Assembly (NCBI RefSeq): GCF_006345805.1
Contig: NC_043003.1
Span: 60,822,001 to 60,886,000, forward strand
DNA: 64,000 bases
Direction of reading: 5' to 3'
DNA from: Octopus sinensis
Taxonomy: Eukaryota
This document shows, in pieces, positions 25,250-39,720 of the stretch (its first letter is position 1; every line of letters starts with the position of its first letter). Made by a program: the position numbers and the translations under genes. Under the pieces are notes generated by a model. The model was not told the DNA's origin. It did not search any database and saw nothing but the letters and a program-made list of their open reading frames with translations.

Positions 25250-27255
25250 TATATTCTTTGATTTTCTTTCACATCTTTCAGTCATTAGACTGCGGCCATA
25301 CTGAAGTATATTTATTTATTTAATTGAAATCTTCTGCATCGAAGTTAGTTTTATTGTGCTTATCACTTAGGCGATGAGTAGGCAGAAAAATTAAAGTTCT
25401 GAAAGGCAAAGTCGCTGATACTAACTTTTCCCTTCGATCTTTGAGGGTCAATTAAATAAGTACCAGTGGAGCATAGGGCATGATGTAATCAATTTACCTC
25501 TTAATGTTGCTGGCCGTGTCCCAAAATTTGAAGCCATTATTGTGTTGTAGAGAAGCTACGTCAAATAAACGCATTTCGTTTTAAGCCAAAAAAAGAAAAA
25601 ACGATCCCGCTGATCCCATAGGCACCATAGAAACTAATCTTATTTTATGAGTAAAAGGTACATAAAACTCTGTAATTCAATAATGATAGCTCAAATTCCT
25701 TTGGTATCCAATTCACATTTTATTAATCCGGTGACGATAAAATGAAATACCTCCGAGACACGAATTAACAGCTACAATAGTTTCTTATGACTTCTTAATA
25801 CATTCTGTCTCTTCATATAGATTCTGTCTTGTACCTTAGCAATATGAATGTGTAGTCAAGTTAGCATTTACTAATTATACTTGTAAAATCGTAAGAGCCC
25901 CTTCAGTCACAAATAACCATTGGATTGTATCTACAAAGATCTCCTCCGAGGCACAAAGTCTGGGCAATGTTTATGTAAGACTAACAGTCGCTCATGCGTA
26001 CCAGTCTCCCTTCTCCATGCTACCGATGTTATCCAAGGGAAAGGTAAAGACCGATACAGCTTGGCACCAGTGGCATCGCAACTCCTTTCTACAGCTGAGT
26101 GAACTGAGGCAACGTGAAATAAAGTGTCTAGATCAAGATCACAACACACAGATTGAACCGGAAATCGAACTCACTACCTCATTATTGTGATCCCGATGCT
26201 CTAACCACTGAACCATGTGCCTTCATAATTGTACTTGTATTCGAAGTATATCTACCTTCTCAGAGAGTACGATCACCAGACTGTATGGTTCCAATTTCGA
26301 CCTCGCCAGCCATTTATTTAAATTTCGTGAGTTAAAGACCCTCCTTTCAAAATGAGTAATGGAGCAATTAAATGGCTTTGAATACTAGAAGCAAAATTTT
26401 TATTAATTAATTTGATTTTCTAGGTTCTGTTAAATAATCTCTACAAAGATTTAAATATAATTTCTTGTTCTTTGGGTGACACAATATTTTATCAGCTGCT
26501 GATCAGAACTGCAAAACGTGATTTCCTAATTATATTAATCAACAAAATCATGATTTCTTAATCATTTAAATTTCGCACGCTCTGTAAAGATCAAGTATCT
26601 GTTTTATTATTACCCACAAGGGGCCAACAAAGAGGGGACAATACAACCTGATGTGGGGTCAGATTCTCGGATGGGGTTACAAAAGGATGAGTTTAAAAAT
26701 TCCAAAAATTCACAAAAATGCAAAAATTATAAAAATCGAATGAAAAAAAACAGACCGGAAGACATTACAGGTGGAGTGGGGGCGGGTTCAGCTCGGACCC
26801 CACGAGCCCCGCCTCACCACTGATACTTTTGGTTTCGTTCTGATTTACATTTATGTGGTGTCATCCATGTAAAGATCAAGTATCAACCATTTTTCTACTC
26901 AGTAAAATCATAACCCAGATGAGGGTCTGCATCCAGTACACTTCTCAAGTGGTATTACATGCAGTCACGGAGCATTTCCGTGCTTCACTGTTGTACCCTG
27001 ATTTTCCAATTCAAGTATCCGTTCCTAACACGTTCATCTTCTGACACAAATTCCTTTCATGACAGATATATTATGCGTTAACTTCATATCGTGATGTACC
27101 ATGAGAGCGGAAACATATGATCAGAAACCCTGTTTAGGGACTGCTGTGGGATTATCCTGAAAACATGGATAGCTACCTGCCATGGAGTAGATAAACACAA
27201 GATAATACTTACGTGGCGAACCCTTGAGTACAAGGGAGACATTCATCTTATCATA

Positions 27256-27288
<33 letters not shown>

Positions 27289-27562
27289 TGTATGTATGTA
27301 TGTATGTATGTATGTATGTATGTATGTATGTATGTATGTATGTATGTATGTATGTATGTATGTATGTATGTGTGTGTGTGTGTATTTATATATATATATT
27401 TTGTGGCTGTGTGATAAGAAGCTTGCTCCCAACCATATGGTTCAGGGCTCAAGTCCCACTGCGTGGCACCTTCGGCCAGTGCCTTTCTACTATAGCCTCG
27501 GGTCGACCAAAACCTATGAGTGGATTTGGTAGAGGGAAACTGAAAGAAGCCCGTCGTATATA

Positions 27563-27598
<36 letters not shown>

Positions 27599-27873
27599 TG
27601 TATGTATGTATGCATGTATGTATGTATGTATGTATGAGTTTGTTGTTTGTGTCTGTGTTTGTCCCCCCACCATCGCTTGACACCCGATCATGGTGTGTTT
27701 AGGTCCCCATCACTTAGCGATTCGAGAAAAAGAAACGATAGAATAAGTACTAGGCTTACAAAGAATAAGTCCTAGGTTCGATTTGCTCGACTAAAGGCGG
27801 TGCTCCAGCATGGCCACAGTCAAATGACTGAAACAAGTAAAAGGATAAAAGAAAAGAAAGAAAAGAACATATA

Positions 27874-27937
<64 letters not shown>

Positions 27938-28375
27938 TGTTTGTATGTATATATGTATATATAATGCACTTGGATCATCCAAGCATAACGGTGAACGGTG
28001 TGTAGGCATTAATATTATAAACTTGTGTTTATTATAATTTCAACTACACACACACATACACATATGTATATATATATATTCGCACCAGTTAGGTTCCGAG
28101 TCTAATTATGCTACATTGCAGCGTGGGCAGATGTGATATTTTTTGTACCGCCTCGGGCCATGGCATACGACGTGAGTGAAACTGATTAGACGGGTTGTTG
28201 CACCTGTAAATCAAAAAGGAAAGCCATGCTACACACACACACACATATTGTGTCACGCTGGTTCTGCCTGAGAATTACGCTAAGATTAAGTGTGTGTGTG
28301 TTGAGAACTCAACTAGAAGCAGAGAATGCAGTAGAATGAACAACTGGATCCTGTTCGTCGAACGAGAGAGAAACT

Positions 28376-28408
<33 letters not shown>

Positions 28409-28598
28409 AGGTGCATATTTTTGTATGTATGTATGTATGTATGTATGTATGTATGTATGATGTATGTATGTATGTAGATACCAAGTAAGTACCAGTTAAG
28501 TACTTGGGGTTGATTCAATCAACTGTTTCCTTTGTCTCTAAATTCTTCATAAACACGGCTACCAATGTTACTGCTGGAGATGAACTGTGAAGGAACCT

Positions 28599-28639
<41 letters not shown>

Positions 28640-30704
28640 TGTGTGTGTGCGTGCGTGCGTGCGACTTTGTATTTATCTCTCAGTGCTTGATCGGTGTTGG
28701 ATTATTAATCTATCCCTAAAGTTGCGGTCTGGCAAAAAAATAAATAAATAAAAAAGACGGGTTCAAATAAATAAACAATAGACTGAAAATAAGTGCTAAG
28801 ATCTATTTGATCACCGTAAGAATTTAGGGTGTTGCTCCAGCATGGCCGCTGAGCTCCAGTCTAATGCAAACATTCAGGCCAGTCCTATGTGATTTGAGGA
28901 TTTGAGGATTTGAGGATCACTTCCGCCCTTCTCTTCCACGAATTTCAGAGGCCCCGTAAATGTTTATAGTAACTATCATCTGTCCTGACTAAAAAATTAG
29001 AATTAAGAAACGTGAAATGAGTGTTTTGAATGCATAAATATTACAGATGTTAGCTAAATAATGCACGACTTGCTGGTTGACGAGAAGAACTTCATGGGTG
29101 TTTATACTGTTATAGCTATTCCCCCCTTTGCTTAATCTAACATCTATTTAAGGCGGTGAGCTGGCAGAGTCGTTAACTAGTCGGACAAAATAGTGATATT
29201 TATGGCGGCTCTTTACGTCCTGAGTTCAAATCTCGCTGAGGTCAGCTTTGCTTTCAACCATTCCTTCGGGGTCGATAAAATATAATACCGGTCAAGTGCT
29301 GAGGTCAATGTAATCGATTTATCCGCTTTGCACTCAGGCCTTGAACTCCGCAAAAGACCGATGTCCCATTCATAGAAATGTTGTGATCTCGGTCATTTAC
29401 AAGCCATAGAAACCACGTAACCGGTCTTATGAGTTCTAGGGCGAAAACTATACAAAAAAAGACCTATTTTATTTTTCATGTAACTCTGGTATGTTATAGT
29501 TGTTTTTGCTTTAGTTTCTAGCCATATCTGATTAGGCAGGCACAGCCCTAAAATTCAAGACGTTTCTGCTGTACTATTCCATCTTCACGATGCATTTTAT
29601 CGTACACGTTCTTATACTTTTAGGACAACAGGGTGGTTATTATTTGAAGGTTATTTCGTTGCTAATTCTAGCACATGACACAACCATTCAGCAGTCTTTG
29701 TGTGGCCCGTTATTCTCGGAGCTCTGCGCCTGACACATGAGTATTATCAAGTACGTGAGAGTGTGTCTCTATCAACCAGGACAGATTGGTGCGTGTCTCT
29801 TAATAAATAACAGTACATGATTGTTATCAAGTACGTTAGTATTTATCTCTTCACAATCAACGCCAAATACTTTATTGTTATCAGAGTTCTAATACGGTAT
29901 CTTAAATTTGATATGAGCGCCATAATATATTTTTACTATAATTAAAGCAACGATCTTATAGATAGTGGGTTCCACCCGCGACCCTATGGTGGGTTTTTTT
30001 TTGTATCTAAGCTCATATTATAACCAATACCCTCAAGAGGATCATACAGATAAATTCGAATTCTTCAGTATTTTCTACAGGCGAAGGCACATCTGTTTTC
30101 TTTAAATCTTAAAAACAAAACAAACAAAAAAAAAAACTATTTTGCTTTCTAATTACAAAAGTAAGCAATTGTAGCGTTGCAGCTTCCGAAAGGCTAATAG
30201 AAAAGAAATAACGGTGCGACCCATCGGAAGTTCAGGTATGTTTTGCAAACATACTATCAAGGTCGTCCGGGGAACCAACGTGTTAAGAACTTGGGTGGAT
30301 GTTATTATCTCGTGCATTAGTGTGTGTGTCTCTTCAAAAACCAAGACATCGGTATTTATGTATTGGAATATATTTCTTGGACTAAACACTTTAAGGTGGT
30401 GTTCCTACGTAGAAGAAAAGCAAAGTAACAGAAGCATCGATGACAAATCAAAAATCAACAAGACTTGGCAGAGGAAAAGACACACCAGAATCGAGAGCGG
30501 TGGAGAAAAGTTGTCGATGGCCTATGCTCCATAGGGAAGGAAAAGATGAAGTAAGACTGTGTCAGTGAATCATAGTCTTTCTCGTACTTAACAAGAATTA
30601 AAATGATCAAATTTGTCTCATAGACTTTCATTTAAGTCTCTCAGTTATTATTTCTTATTCAGCACCTACTTTAGTGTTGTACGGAAGAGCTCTTTTGGTT
30701 AAAT

Positions 30705-32532
30705 CCATTTCTTTACTAAATACAGAGAGGACAAACAAGGACAGACAAACGGATTAAGTCGATTACATCGACCCCAGTGCGTAACTGGTACTTATTTTAT
30801 CGACCCCGAAAGGATGAAAGGCAAAGTCGACCTCGGCGGAATTTGAACTCAGAACGTAACGGCAGACGAAATACCACTACGTATTTCGCCCGGCGTGCTA
30901 ACGTTTCTGCCATCTTGCCGCCCTACTTTTGGTTAAATCGTCACCCGTATATTACTTCTACTTATTTCGTTGACCACATATTGTTTTAAAAAACGTCCAA
31001 CAAAGATGAGATTCAGAATGGGAATCTACAAAGAACATAGTAAAATATTGGTTCCAAATTTTGGCTCAAGCCCAGCAATTTTGGGGAGAGGGGTAAGTGC
31101 TCATCTGATACCTATTATATCGACCTCGAAAGAGTGAAAGGCAAAGTAAAACTCGACAGAATTTGAACTGACAACGTAAAGACAGGTGAAATACTGCTAA
31201 ACATTTTCCCCAGCTTGCTAACGATTCTGCCAGCACGCAACCTTGAAAATAGTTAAATATTGCAAAATAATTTGTTTGGCACTTCGCTGTTTCTTCTAAT
31301 TCTACATTGAAGCGTGACTTTCACTGCTGTGTTTCCTTTGAAAGAAATCATTTATATATTATTCTTTCTTTTCCATGAATATTTGAAAACAGAAATCTCA
31401 GATGTCGAATAACCTAGGGATGCATTTGTACTTCAAAAAGGAATTTTTGCAAATTACAGGCAGGTATGTACAGGTGACATTTCGGTTTAAGAATCGATTT
31501 TTATTTTTATAATTCTTATTTGTTGACTTTTTCACTTACTCAGTTCAAAAACGAAAGATTTACAGCGTACTAATATATTTCAAATTTAATTTATGTTTTT
31601 TATATATTATTCCTTTCGACTGATAAATTAAGAAAGAAAAGCTAATTGCTACGTAGATTAATTTCTTCTCTGTGCAGCTGTATGAAACCCACAATTTTTC
31701 ATTATTTAATATAGATTTTTAAAAAGATCTGTGCTGAGCATCTCAGTGCAAAGTCAAAACCAGTTCACTGGATTTATTTCAATCATTTCTGCAATAGGCA
31801 CAAGACCTAGAATTCGGGGAAAGAGGATTAGTCGATAAAATCGGCTCCAGTACTCAACTGGTACCTATTTTATCGATTACCGAAAAGATGAAAGGCAAAG
31901 TCAACCTCGGCGAAATTTGAACTCAGAATTTGAAGACGGACGAAATACCTATTTCTTTACTACCTACAAGGAGATAAACACAGAGGGGACAAACAAGGAC
32001 AGACAAACGGATTAAGTCGATTACATCGACCCCAGTGCGTAACTGGTACTTATTTAATCGACCCCGAAAGGATGAAAGGCAAAGACGACCTCGGCGGAAT
32101 TTGAACTCAGAACGTAGCGGCAGACGAAATACCGCTAAGCATTTCGTCCGGCGTGCTAACGATTCTGCCAGCTCGCCGCCTTACAAACGGATTAAGTCGA
32201 TTAAATCGAACCCAGTGCGTAACTGGTACTTATTTAATCGATCCCGAAAGGATGAAAGGCAAAGTCGACCTCGGCGGAATTTGAACCCAGAACGTAACGG
32301 CAGACGAAATACCTATTTCTTTACTACCCACAAGGGGCTAAACACAGAGAGGACAAACAGGGACAGAAAAACGGATTAAGTCGATTATATCGACCCCAGT
32401 GCCTAACTGGTATTTATTTAATCGACCCCGAAAGGATGAAAGGCAAAGTCGACCTCGGTGGAATTTGAACTCAGATCGTAACGGCTAAGCATTTCCCTCG
32501 TCATGCTAACGATCCTGCCAGCTCGCCGCCTT
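30705..32532 (-). mobile_element. SINE family A copies and a head-to-tail concatemer (30705-30925, 31060-31245, 31790-32532)
   Basis: Repeated CGACCCCGAAAGGATGAAAGGCAAAGTCGACCTCGGCGGAATTTGAAC units. Confidence 0.85.
31393..31463 (+). CDS. Ammonia-lyase coding exon 2
   Basis: AG|KSQMSNNLGMHLYFKKEFLQITG+AG|GTATGT (phase 2); KxE motif before the PLP lysine. Confidence 0.93.
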
Positions 32533-32788
32533 CACCAGATTTATTATAATGCAGTATTCATCTCACCAATTGTGAAGGCACGTCGCTTAGTGTTTAGGGA
32601 GTTTGTCTCGCGATCGTAAGGTCGTGATTTCTGCCAGCTCGCCGCTTTCTCTTGGCCAAACATTGACAAGTTTAATACAAGCTAGATGGATCAGTAGATC
32701 TGTTACAAGATTGCTTTTCCAGCCTTCTGTATTCATGGCGCAATGTATTTATTACATTACACGTTTACAGGTGTACCTCGCATGAAAA

Positions 32789-32989
32789 GTTTAAAGCAAT
32801 TATTGTTATATATTTAAGAGATGAGGAATTATGTACATTATTAACATTATTTACATTCAACGGATATTTGTCCTCATCTTGTTTGTTGCTAACACAACGT
32901 TTTGGCTGATATACCCTCCAGCCTTCTTCATGTGTCTTGGGGAAATTTCGAACCTGGGTTCTCATTCCTAAGGTATTTTTCGATGTTAC

Positions 32990-33021
<32 letters not shown>

Positions 33022-33146
33022 CATCGAAAAATACCTTAGGAATGAGAACCCAGGTTCGAAATTTCCCCAAGACACCTGAAGAAGGCTGACGATGAGAACA
33101 AATATCCGTCGAATGTAAATAATGTTTAAAGCAATTATTGTTATAT
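32789..33146. repeat. PLE-type foldback with (AAT)n spacer and hammerhead relics
   Basis: 69-bp arms at 32919-32987 and 33020-33088 (1 mismatch); 23-bp direct repeat at 32789-32811 and 33124-33146. Confidence 0.85.
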
Positions 33147-34537
33147 TTCGGGAGGGTTTCTTTTCTTTTTGGGGGTGGGGGTGGGGGTGGAGCAATATAA
33201 CAATATATGTTTCGACACAGGATTTCACATATGGTTTCTGGAAAAACAAATACATTTAAAGCAATTGTTTTAAAGTTTAAAATATAGAAAAACTGTTTGT
33301 ACCTGGACATTATTCCAGGCCTCACAGAGCCGGTTATTCGATTCCCATGACACATATATGAGATCACAACACTTACCCTAGTCTCTCACAAGGTTACTCA
33401 TTTACAGTTAAGTGGACCGGAACAAAGTGAAGTGAAGGAAAAACAGGAAAACTACGGCTTCACTTGTTTTATTAATTAGTGGAAAAGTCGTTAGAATGAT
33501 ATACAAAATACCTTGTGGTATTTATTCCTGCTTTGTGTTGAGATCCCTCCAAGCTCAACTTGGCCTTTCATTTTCTCGAGATGATAAATAAAGTGTCATC
33601 ACAGGGTGGGGAACAGGCAGGATTGTCGGTATGTTGCATGGAATGTTTTGTGACATTTCTTTCGGCTCTTTGCGTTCTGAGTTCAAATTCCACCATGGTA
33701 ATTTTAATTCACCGTCTGGTTTAATTTCACTACATGCTTCATGGATGCCTTAGGCGGAGTTCGCTCTGCTGAAAACATTTATGTCAGACATCCGGTTTGA
33801 GGATACAACCCTCTATCAGTCGCAGAAACCTAGGAAAATAAGACATACACACTGCCAACCCTCTTGGCTAGACAATAAAAAGAGTATTATGAATAATATT
33901 GCTACATTGTTACTTTGCGAAGAAATTAGATGTATGAAGGTGTTCTATCGGATCAGAGTAGAGTTCATTGAAGTTTCCTCTCTAGGTTCTGTCTCTCTGA
34001 TCAGTTGTAGTGTCTCTTTGACTGAAAGCCATGTGGTTGTCTTTCAAAAGTTCTCTTCTGTTAACTGAGTATTCATGTGATACAGTATCTTGTGAAGAAA
34101 GTTTCTCTAATCCGAGCCGCTACTTCTCGGCTTTGAGAGATCACAGCCTCGGTATTACAGACATGTGATCAGAAACTTGCAGGGAAGATTCGCGAGACGG
34201 ATTCTTCAACTAGCAGGAGATGGAAAATGAAATGGTTGCAATAACATTCATAGTCTCAGTTGATCACGCTTGAGAAACCAGCCAGAAAGTGTTGATGGTC
34301 GCTTCTTATAGGAACCTATGGCGGAATTTCTTGAGAAATCTAGCCCTTACGACGCTACAAGCAATAGTGAGGTGAAAAGATGGATGGATAGATGAATGGA
34401 AGATCTTTAAGACGAATATCCTAAAATACTGCCTTTACACCGAACCGATTTTAATGGATTGAACATTATTTATGTAGCTATTGCAAATATATATTTTTTA
34501 TTATTTAGTTAACGTTTTCTTTTACTTTCACTTTCAG

Positions 34538-34583
34538 TTTTAAAGAGAGGGGTGCTCGTTACACACTTCTAATGTTATCCGCG
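34538..34583 (+). CDS. Ammonia-lyase coding exon 3 (PLP-binding Lys)
   Basis: CTTTCAG|T+FKERGARYTLLMLSA|GTGAGT; completes GSFKERG, Lys codon at 34542-34544. Confidence 0.95.
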
Positions 34584-34666
34584 GTGAGTAGTTCGCATTA
34601 TTTATTGTTTCATAATAAAATACTTTAGATTACAAATAACAGGACATTTTAGCTTAAGTTATGCAA

Positions 34667-34752
<86 letters not shown>

Positions 34753-34764
34753 TTATATATATAT

Positions 34765-34812
<48 letters not shown>

Positions 34813-35139
34813 TGAGTGCAGGACGTCACCAACCGTAAACAACAAGAAACACGAAAGCAAATGAGTTCAATACGCAAACAGCAAGAGAAACAAATGGAAA
34901 ACAGGACAAGTAACACAAAGAACGACCCTTCATCAGTTGTCGGCTGTCTTTCTACTCCTGATATCGAGCATTAAACGACAATATGGGTCTTCAAAGACAG
35001 TAGCTCCCATAAGTACGAAAATAAAATTGGGACTTCTGAAGGGTCAAATTTGGGAACAAAAACAGGACAGTGGAGATATACAAGAAAAACAGGCGAAAAC
35101 AAATATGATGGGTCGCTAGACAACTTAGACAAAAATGAG

Positions 35140-35177
<38 letters not shown>

Positions 35178-35228
35178 TATATATATATTATATATATATA
35201 ATATATTATATATACATGCATGCATACA

Positions 35229-35259
<31 letters not shown>

Positions 35260-35268
35260 CATGCATGC

Positions 35269-35307
<39 letters not shown>

Positions 35308-35390
35308 CATGCATGCATACATACATACATATATATATATTATATATATATATTATATATATAACATGCATGCATACATACGTACATATA

Positions 35391-35444
<54 letters not shown>

Positions 35445-35580
35445 ACACATACATGTATATATATATAACAAACTGATTTATACTGTGGTAAAAGTTCATG
35501 TATATCATGTATAAATTGTATTTCGATTTTGGGACATAAATTTTCTTCATAGACTCATTATACCTCGTACACGAATGAGG

Positions 35581-35644
<64 letters not shown>

Positions 35645-36529
35645 TAGATAGATAGATATACAAATCAATCTTAGTAAACTAATTACAAGTATTATATGAA
35701 CCTTTATTGAGATTGCAGTAAAGTAGTCCAGGTAACTTATTAAGTCTAATTGTCTTTGTTAATGCAAATACCTCTATTTCCTCTACAAAGACGATGGTGA
35801 TGATGATGGCACCGGCAATGCTACTACTACTACTGCTGCTGTTGATGATAGTGATGATGAGGGTGGTGATAATGATGAAGGTGATGATGATGAGAATGGG
35901 AGGAGGAAGAGAAGGTGAATGATGATGATGATGATGACGACGACGATGATGATGATGATGATGATTGAGTGGGCGAGTAACCGGAAGAAGAAGAGAAAGT
36001 GGGAGGAATAAGGTGGTAGAAAAATATGGTGATAACGAAATTGGCAATGACATATGATGTCTCCGATAAAAAAAAAAGAAACTGCGACGGGAGCTTAAAG
36101 GGAACAAGGAAAGAGGGAAATAGGGAATAAGAAACAGAATTATATATGGTGACGTTTATGATGACGATATTCATGCATAATTATGAAAATTCATTGAAGT
36201 TATGCTTCATAATGACCTACATTCGAATTACAATGCTTTACGCCCAACTGAAGCAAATCTAAGGCATAACATTTTTAACGCATGGAAAAGATATAAAAGA
36301 TAGCCAAAGGTCAAAATTTTCTTAATGTTTTGTCTAATGAGACAAATCAATTAATTGGAAAAAAACTGAGTTGAATTTTATTTTCTAAAATGTCAAGTGA
36401 ACCAATAAGTTGCTTTTTTCTTTTTTAACTAATTATCTTGTAATGGTTTATTGTTTGATAAATATGTGGGTTGTCTATTCCAGTCGAATTTCACTGAATA
36501 ATATTTACAATATTTTTAAACATAAAGGT

Positions 36530-37100
36530 AGCGTGTTGAAATCGTTAGCATGCCGGACGAAATGCGAGTTCAAATTCCGCCGAGGTCGACTTTGCCTTTC
36601 ATCCTTTCGGGGTCGATTAAATAAGTACCAGTTACGCACTGGGGTCGATATAATCGACTTAATCCGTTTGTGTGTCCTTGTTTGTCCTCTCTGTGTTTAG
36701 CCCCTTGTGGGTAGTAAAGAAATAGGCATTTCGTCTGTCTTTATGTTCTGAGTTCAAATTCCGCCGAGGTCGACTTTGCTTGTCATCCTTTTGGGGTCGA
36801 TTAAATAATTACCAGTTGCGAACTGGGGTCGACTTAATCGACTGCCTCACCTCCAGAAAATTTTGGGCCTTGAACCGAGAGTAGAAAAGAAAATTTATTA
36901 ACATAAATGCGGCGTGTTGGCAGAAACGTTAGCACACCGGGTAAAATGCTTAGCAATATTTCGTCTGATTTTACGTTCTGAGTTCAGATTCCTCTGAGGT
37001 TGGCTTTGCCTTTCATCCCATTCGGGGTCGATAAAACAAGTACCAGTTGAGTACTGGGGTCGATGTAATCAACTTCCCCACTTCCCCAGATCTGCTGGCT
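36530..37100 (+). mobile_element. SINE family A cluster (+ orientation)
   Basis: Same body as the 31790-32532 cluster but reverse-complemented. Confidence 0.85.
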
Positions 37101-37151
37101 TAATGCCGAAATTCGAAAGCAATATTTATATACAAACACAGATACACACAC

Positions 37152-37198
<47 letters not shown>

Positions 37199-37221
37199 AT
37201 AAACACACACACGCGCGCGCG

Positions 37222-37257
<36 letters not shown>

Positions 37258-37393
37258 CATATATTTGCTTACATATATGTATATTCGTAGACATGTACGT
37301 ATATACATACTTCCATGCAAATCTCTCTCTCTCTCTCTCTCTCTCTGTATACATATATATATATATTTGTTGATGTCTCTTTTTATCTTCAAG

Positions 37394-37579
37394 GAAGAGA
37401 AAAAAAACGGTGTCATTGCTGCAAGTGCTGGAAATCACGCTTTGGCCCTATCTTGTCATGGTAACGACTTAGGGATACAAGTCACGGTTGTTATGCCTGT
37501 TATAGCCCCGATTATGAAAATTCAAGCTTGTCAACAGTACAAAGCTAACGTCATTGTAAAAGGGGAAAATATCGCAGAG
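37394..37579 (+). CDS. Ammonia-lyase coding exon 4
   Basis: AAG|EEKKNGVIAASAGNHALALSCHG...VVMPVIAPIMKIQAC...KGENIAE|GTAAAA; SAGNH motif. Confidence 0.95.
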
Positions 37580-38219
37580 GTAAAAATATTGTTATTGTTC
37601 TTATTGTTATTTTTTGAGGTCGGAAAGAAATGCTTTTTGGTATTTACTCCGGCTCTTTACAGCCTGTATTTCACTTTTGCCTTTCATTCTTCTGGGGTCA
37701 CTTAAATAAATTATTTGTCAAGTAGTGGGGTTGATATATTCGATTTGGACTTCTGCCCCAATAGGAATTCCAATCACGTTTCGTGGTTCGCTACATCAAC
37801 AGTTCCTTTATAGGATCCAGTGGCTAAAGACATCATCAGGAGGAACCACGTCCGGTTTCGGCCCCTACTCCTCTACCATTTTCGATGTGGAACCCCACTC
37901 CTTTCGGAGGTGCCTTCAGCTATGGTGCTGAGTGCGATTTTTCTTTCTCTTTTTTTTTTTTTTGCTCTTTGGTTTCTTCGATGCAGCGTCAACGAATGTC
38001 AGCCGGCGAATGACCATCCTGCCAGAATTCCCTTGAAATAATCGCTTGTAGGCTCCACCAGCCAGCACCAGCTAACTGTCACTGTCTAATAAATAGGTAG
38101 AAAATGTTTTTTTAAAAACTGAAGTAAAATATCTCAAATGTAATCGACTGGCCTCCTCCCCCAAAATTTCAGGCCTTGTGCTTATAGTTGAAAGGTTACT
38201 ATTATTGTTGTTGTTTACT

Positions 38220-38460
38220 TCCTTAAACCTTTCGCTTCCTTCGGAACATAGGTCACCTGCGACTTGTCTCCATTGTTCTTAATTCCGGTCTCTCTTTTCT
38301 ACTTCTCTCCAGTCGGATCTGCTTTCTCAGATCTGCCTCAATATCCCGCCTCCAGCTATTTTCAGATCATCTTCCTTCTTTGTTTGATATCCCTCCATAC
38401 GAGATACTCAATAAAAGGGAAGATACGAGATAGTCAAGGTTGATTCAGTCAACATTAGCC
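38220..38460 (-). mobile_element. RTE-type LINE 3' relic (similar relics at about 30440-30545 + and 61080-61350 +)
   Basis: Minus strand ...CAATGGAGACAAGTCGCAGGTGACCTATGTTCC..., resembling an RTE ORF2 end. Confidence 0.5.
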
Positions 38461-38749
38461 AGTCAATAAATCATGCCGGACATGTCAAAGGATGAAAGCC
38501 AAATTGATATGAACCGCCTCTTTCTAGAGTAAACAGAGCTTGTATAAGACCTACGCAAAAAGAAAGGAAAAAGAAACAGTTACAGAAGTATAGATGATAA
38601 TTTAAAACCAAGAACCGTGGTGGGGTTGTTTTTTCATGCATACTTATGATATTATATTTCTCATAGCGTTCTTGTTTGTAAACCATTTCTTTGCTGAATC
38701 TATTGGTTACACTGAAAATATAATCTATATTAACCTGTTTTATCCACAG

Positions 38750-38805
38750 TCTCGAATATTTGCATTGAAATTAGCCAAAGAAAATAACTACACATATATT
38801 AATGG
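38750..38805 (+). CDS. Ammonia-lyase coding exon 5
   Basis: CCACAG|SRIFALKLAKENNYTYIN+GG|GTGAGT (phase 2). Confidence 0.92.
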
Positions 38806-39109
38806 GTGAGTTACTCTTTGCATTATGTTATAGAAAAATAGAGCGGCGAATTGGCAGGGTCATTTGAGCATCGGGAAAAATGCTTTCAGGCATTTTTTCC
38901 GGCTCTTCACTTTCTTGGTTAAAAATAAAATGCCGCCGAGGTCAGCTTTGCCTGTTATTCTTCCGGGACCGATAAAATAAAGTGCCAGTAAAGTACAGGG
39001 GTCGATTGTATCAATTAACACAATTTCCCACAAAATTGCTGCTCTTGTACCTTGCAGAATCGTTGGAAAGTCGGTATAAATTGCTTTGCATTATTTGGTC
39101 CGCCTGCTA

Positions 39110-39720
39110 GGGTGGTGAGTTGGCAGAAACGTTAGCACGCTGAGTGAAATGCGTAGCAGTATTTCGTCTACCGTTACGTTCTGAGTTCAAATTCCGCCGA
39201 GGTCGACTTTGCCTTTCATCCTTTCGGGGTCGATTAAATAAGTACCAGTTACGCACTGGGGTCGATGTAATCGACTTAATCCGTGTGTCTGTCCTTGTTT
39301 GTCCCCTCTGTGTTTAGCCCCTTGTGAGTAGTAAAGAAATAGGTATTTCCTCTGCCGTTACGTTCTGAGTTCAAATTCCACCGAGGTCGACTTTGTCTTT
39401 CATCCTTTCGGGGTCGATTAAATAAGTACCAGTTGCACACTTGGGTCGATGTAATCGACTTAATCCCTTTGTCTGTCCTTGTTTGTCCCCTCTATGTTTA
39501 GCCCCTTGGGGGCAATAAAGAAATAAGAAACATTAGCACGCCATTAAGGCGGTGAGCTGGCAGAATCGTTAGCACGCCGAAATGCTTAGCGGTATTTTGT
39601 CTTAACGTTTTGTCTTCAAATCCTGCCGAAGGCACATGTGCCATTCTTCCGTCTGGCGTCGATAGCCTAGCACTGAGGTCGATGATATCGACTAAAACCC
39701 CTTCTGAAGATATTACTGGC
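39110..39720 (+). mobile_element. SINE family A concatemer (+ orientation)
   Basis: At least two tandem units plus a third head at 39547. Confidence 0.85.

Noticed and set aside
31790-32532. CRISPR-like repeat array
   Set aside because: Units are long SINE segments without unique spacers, in a eukaryotic intron.
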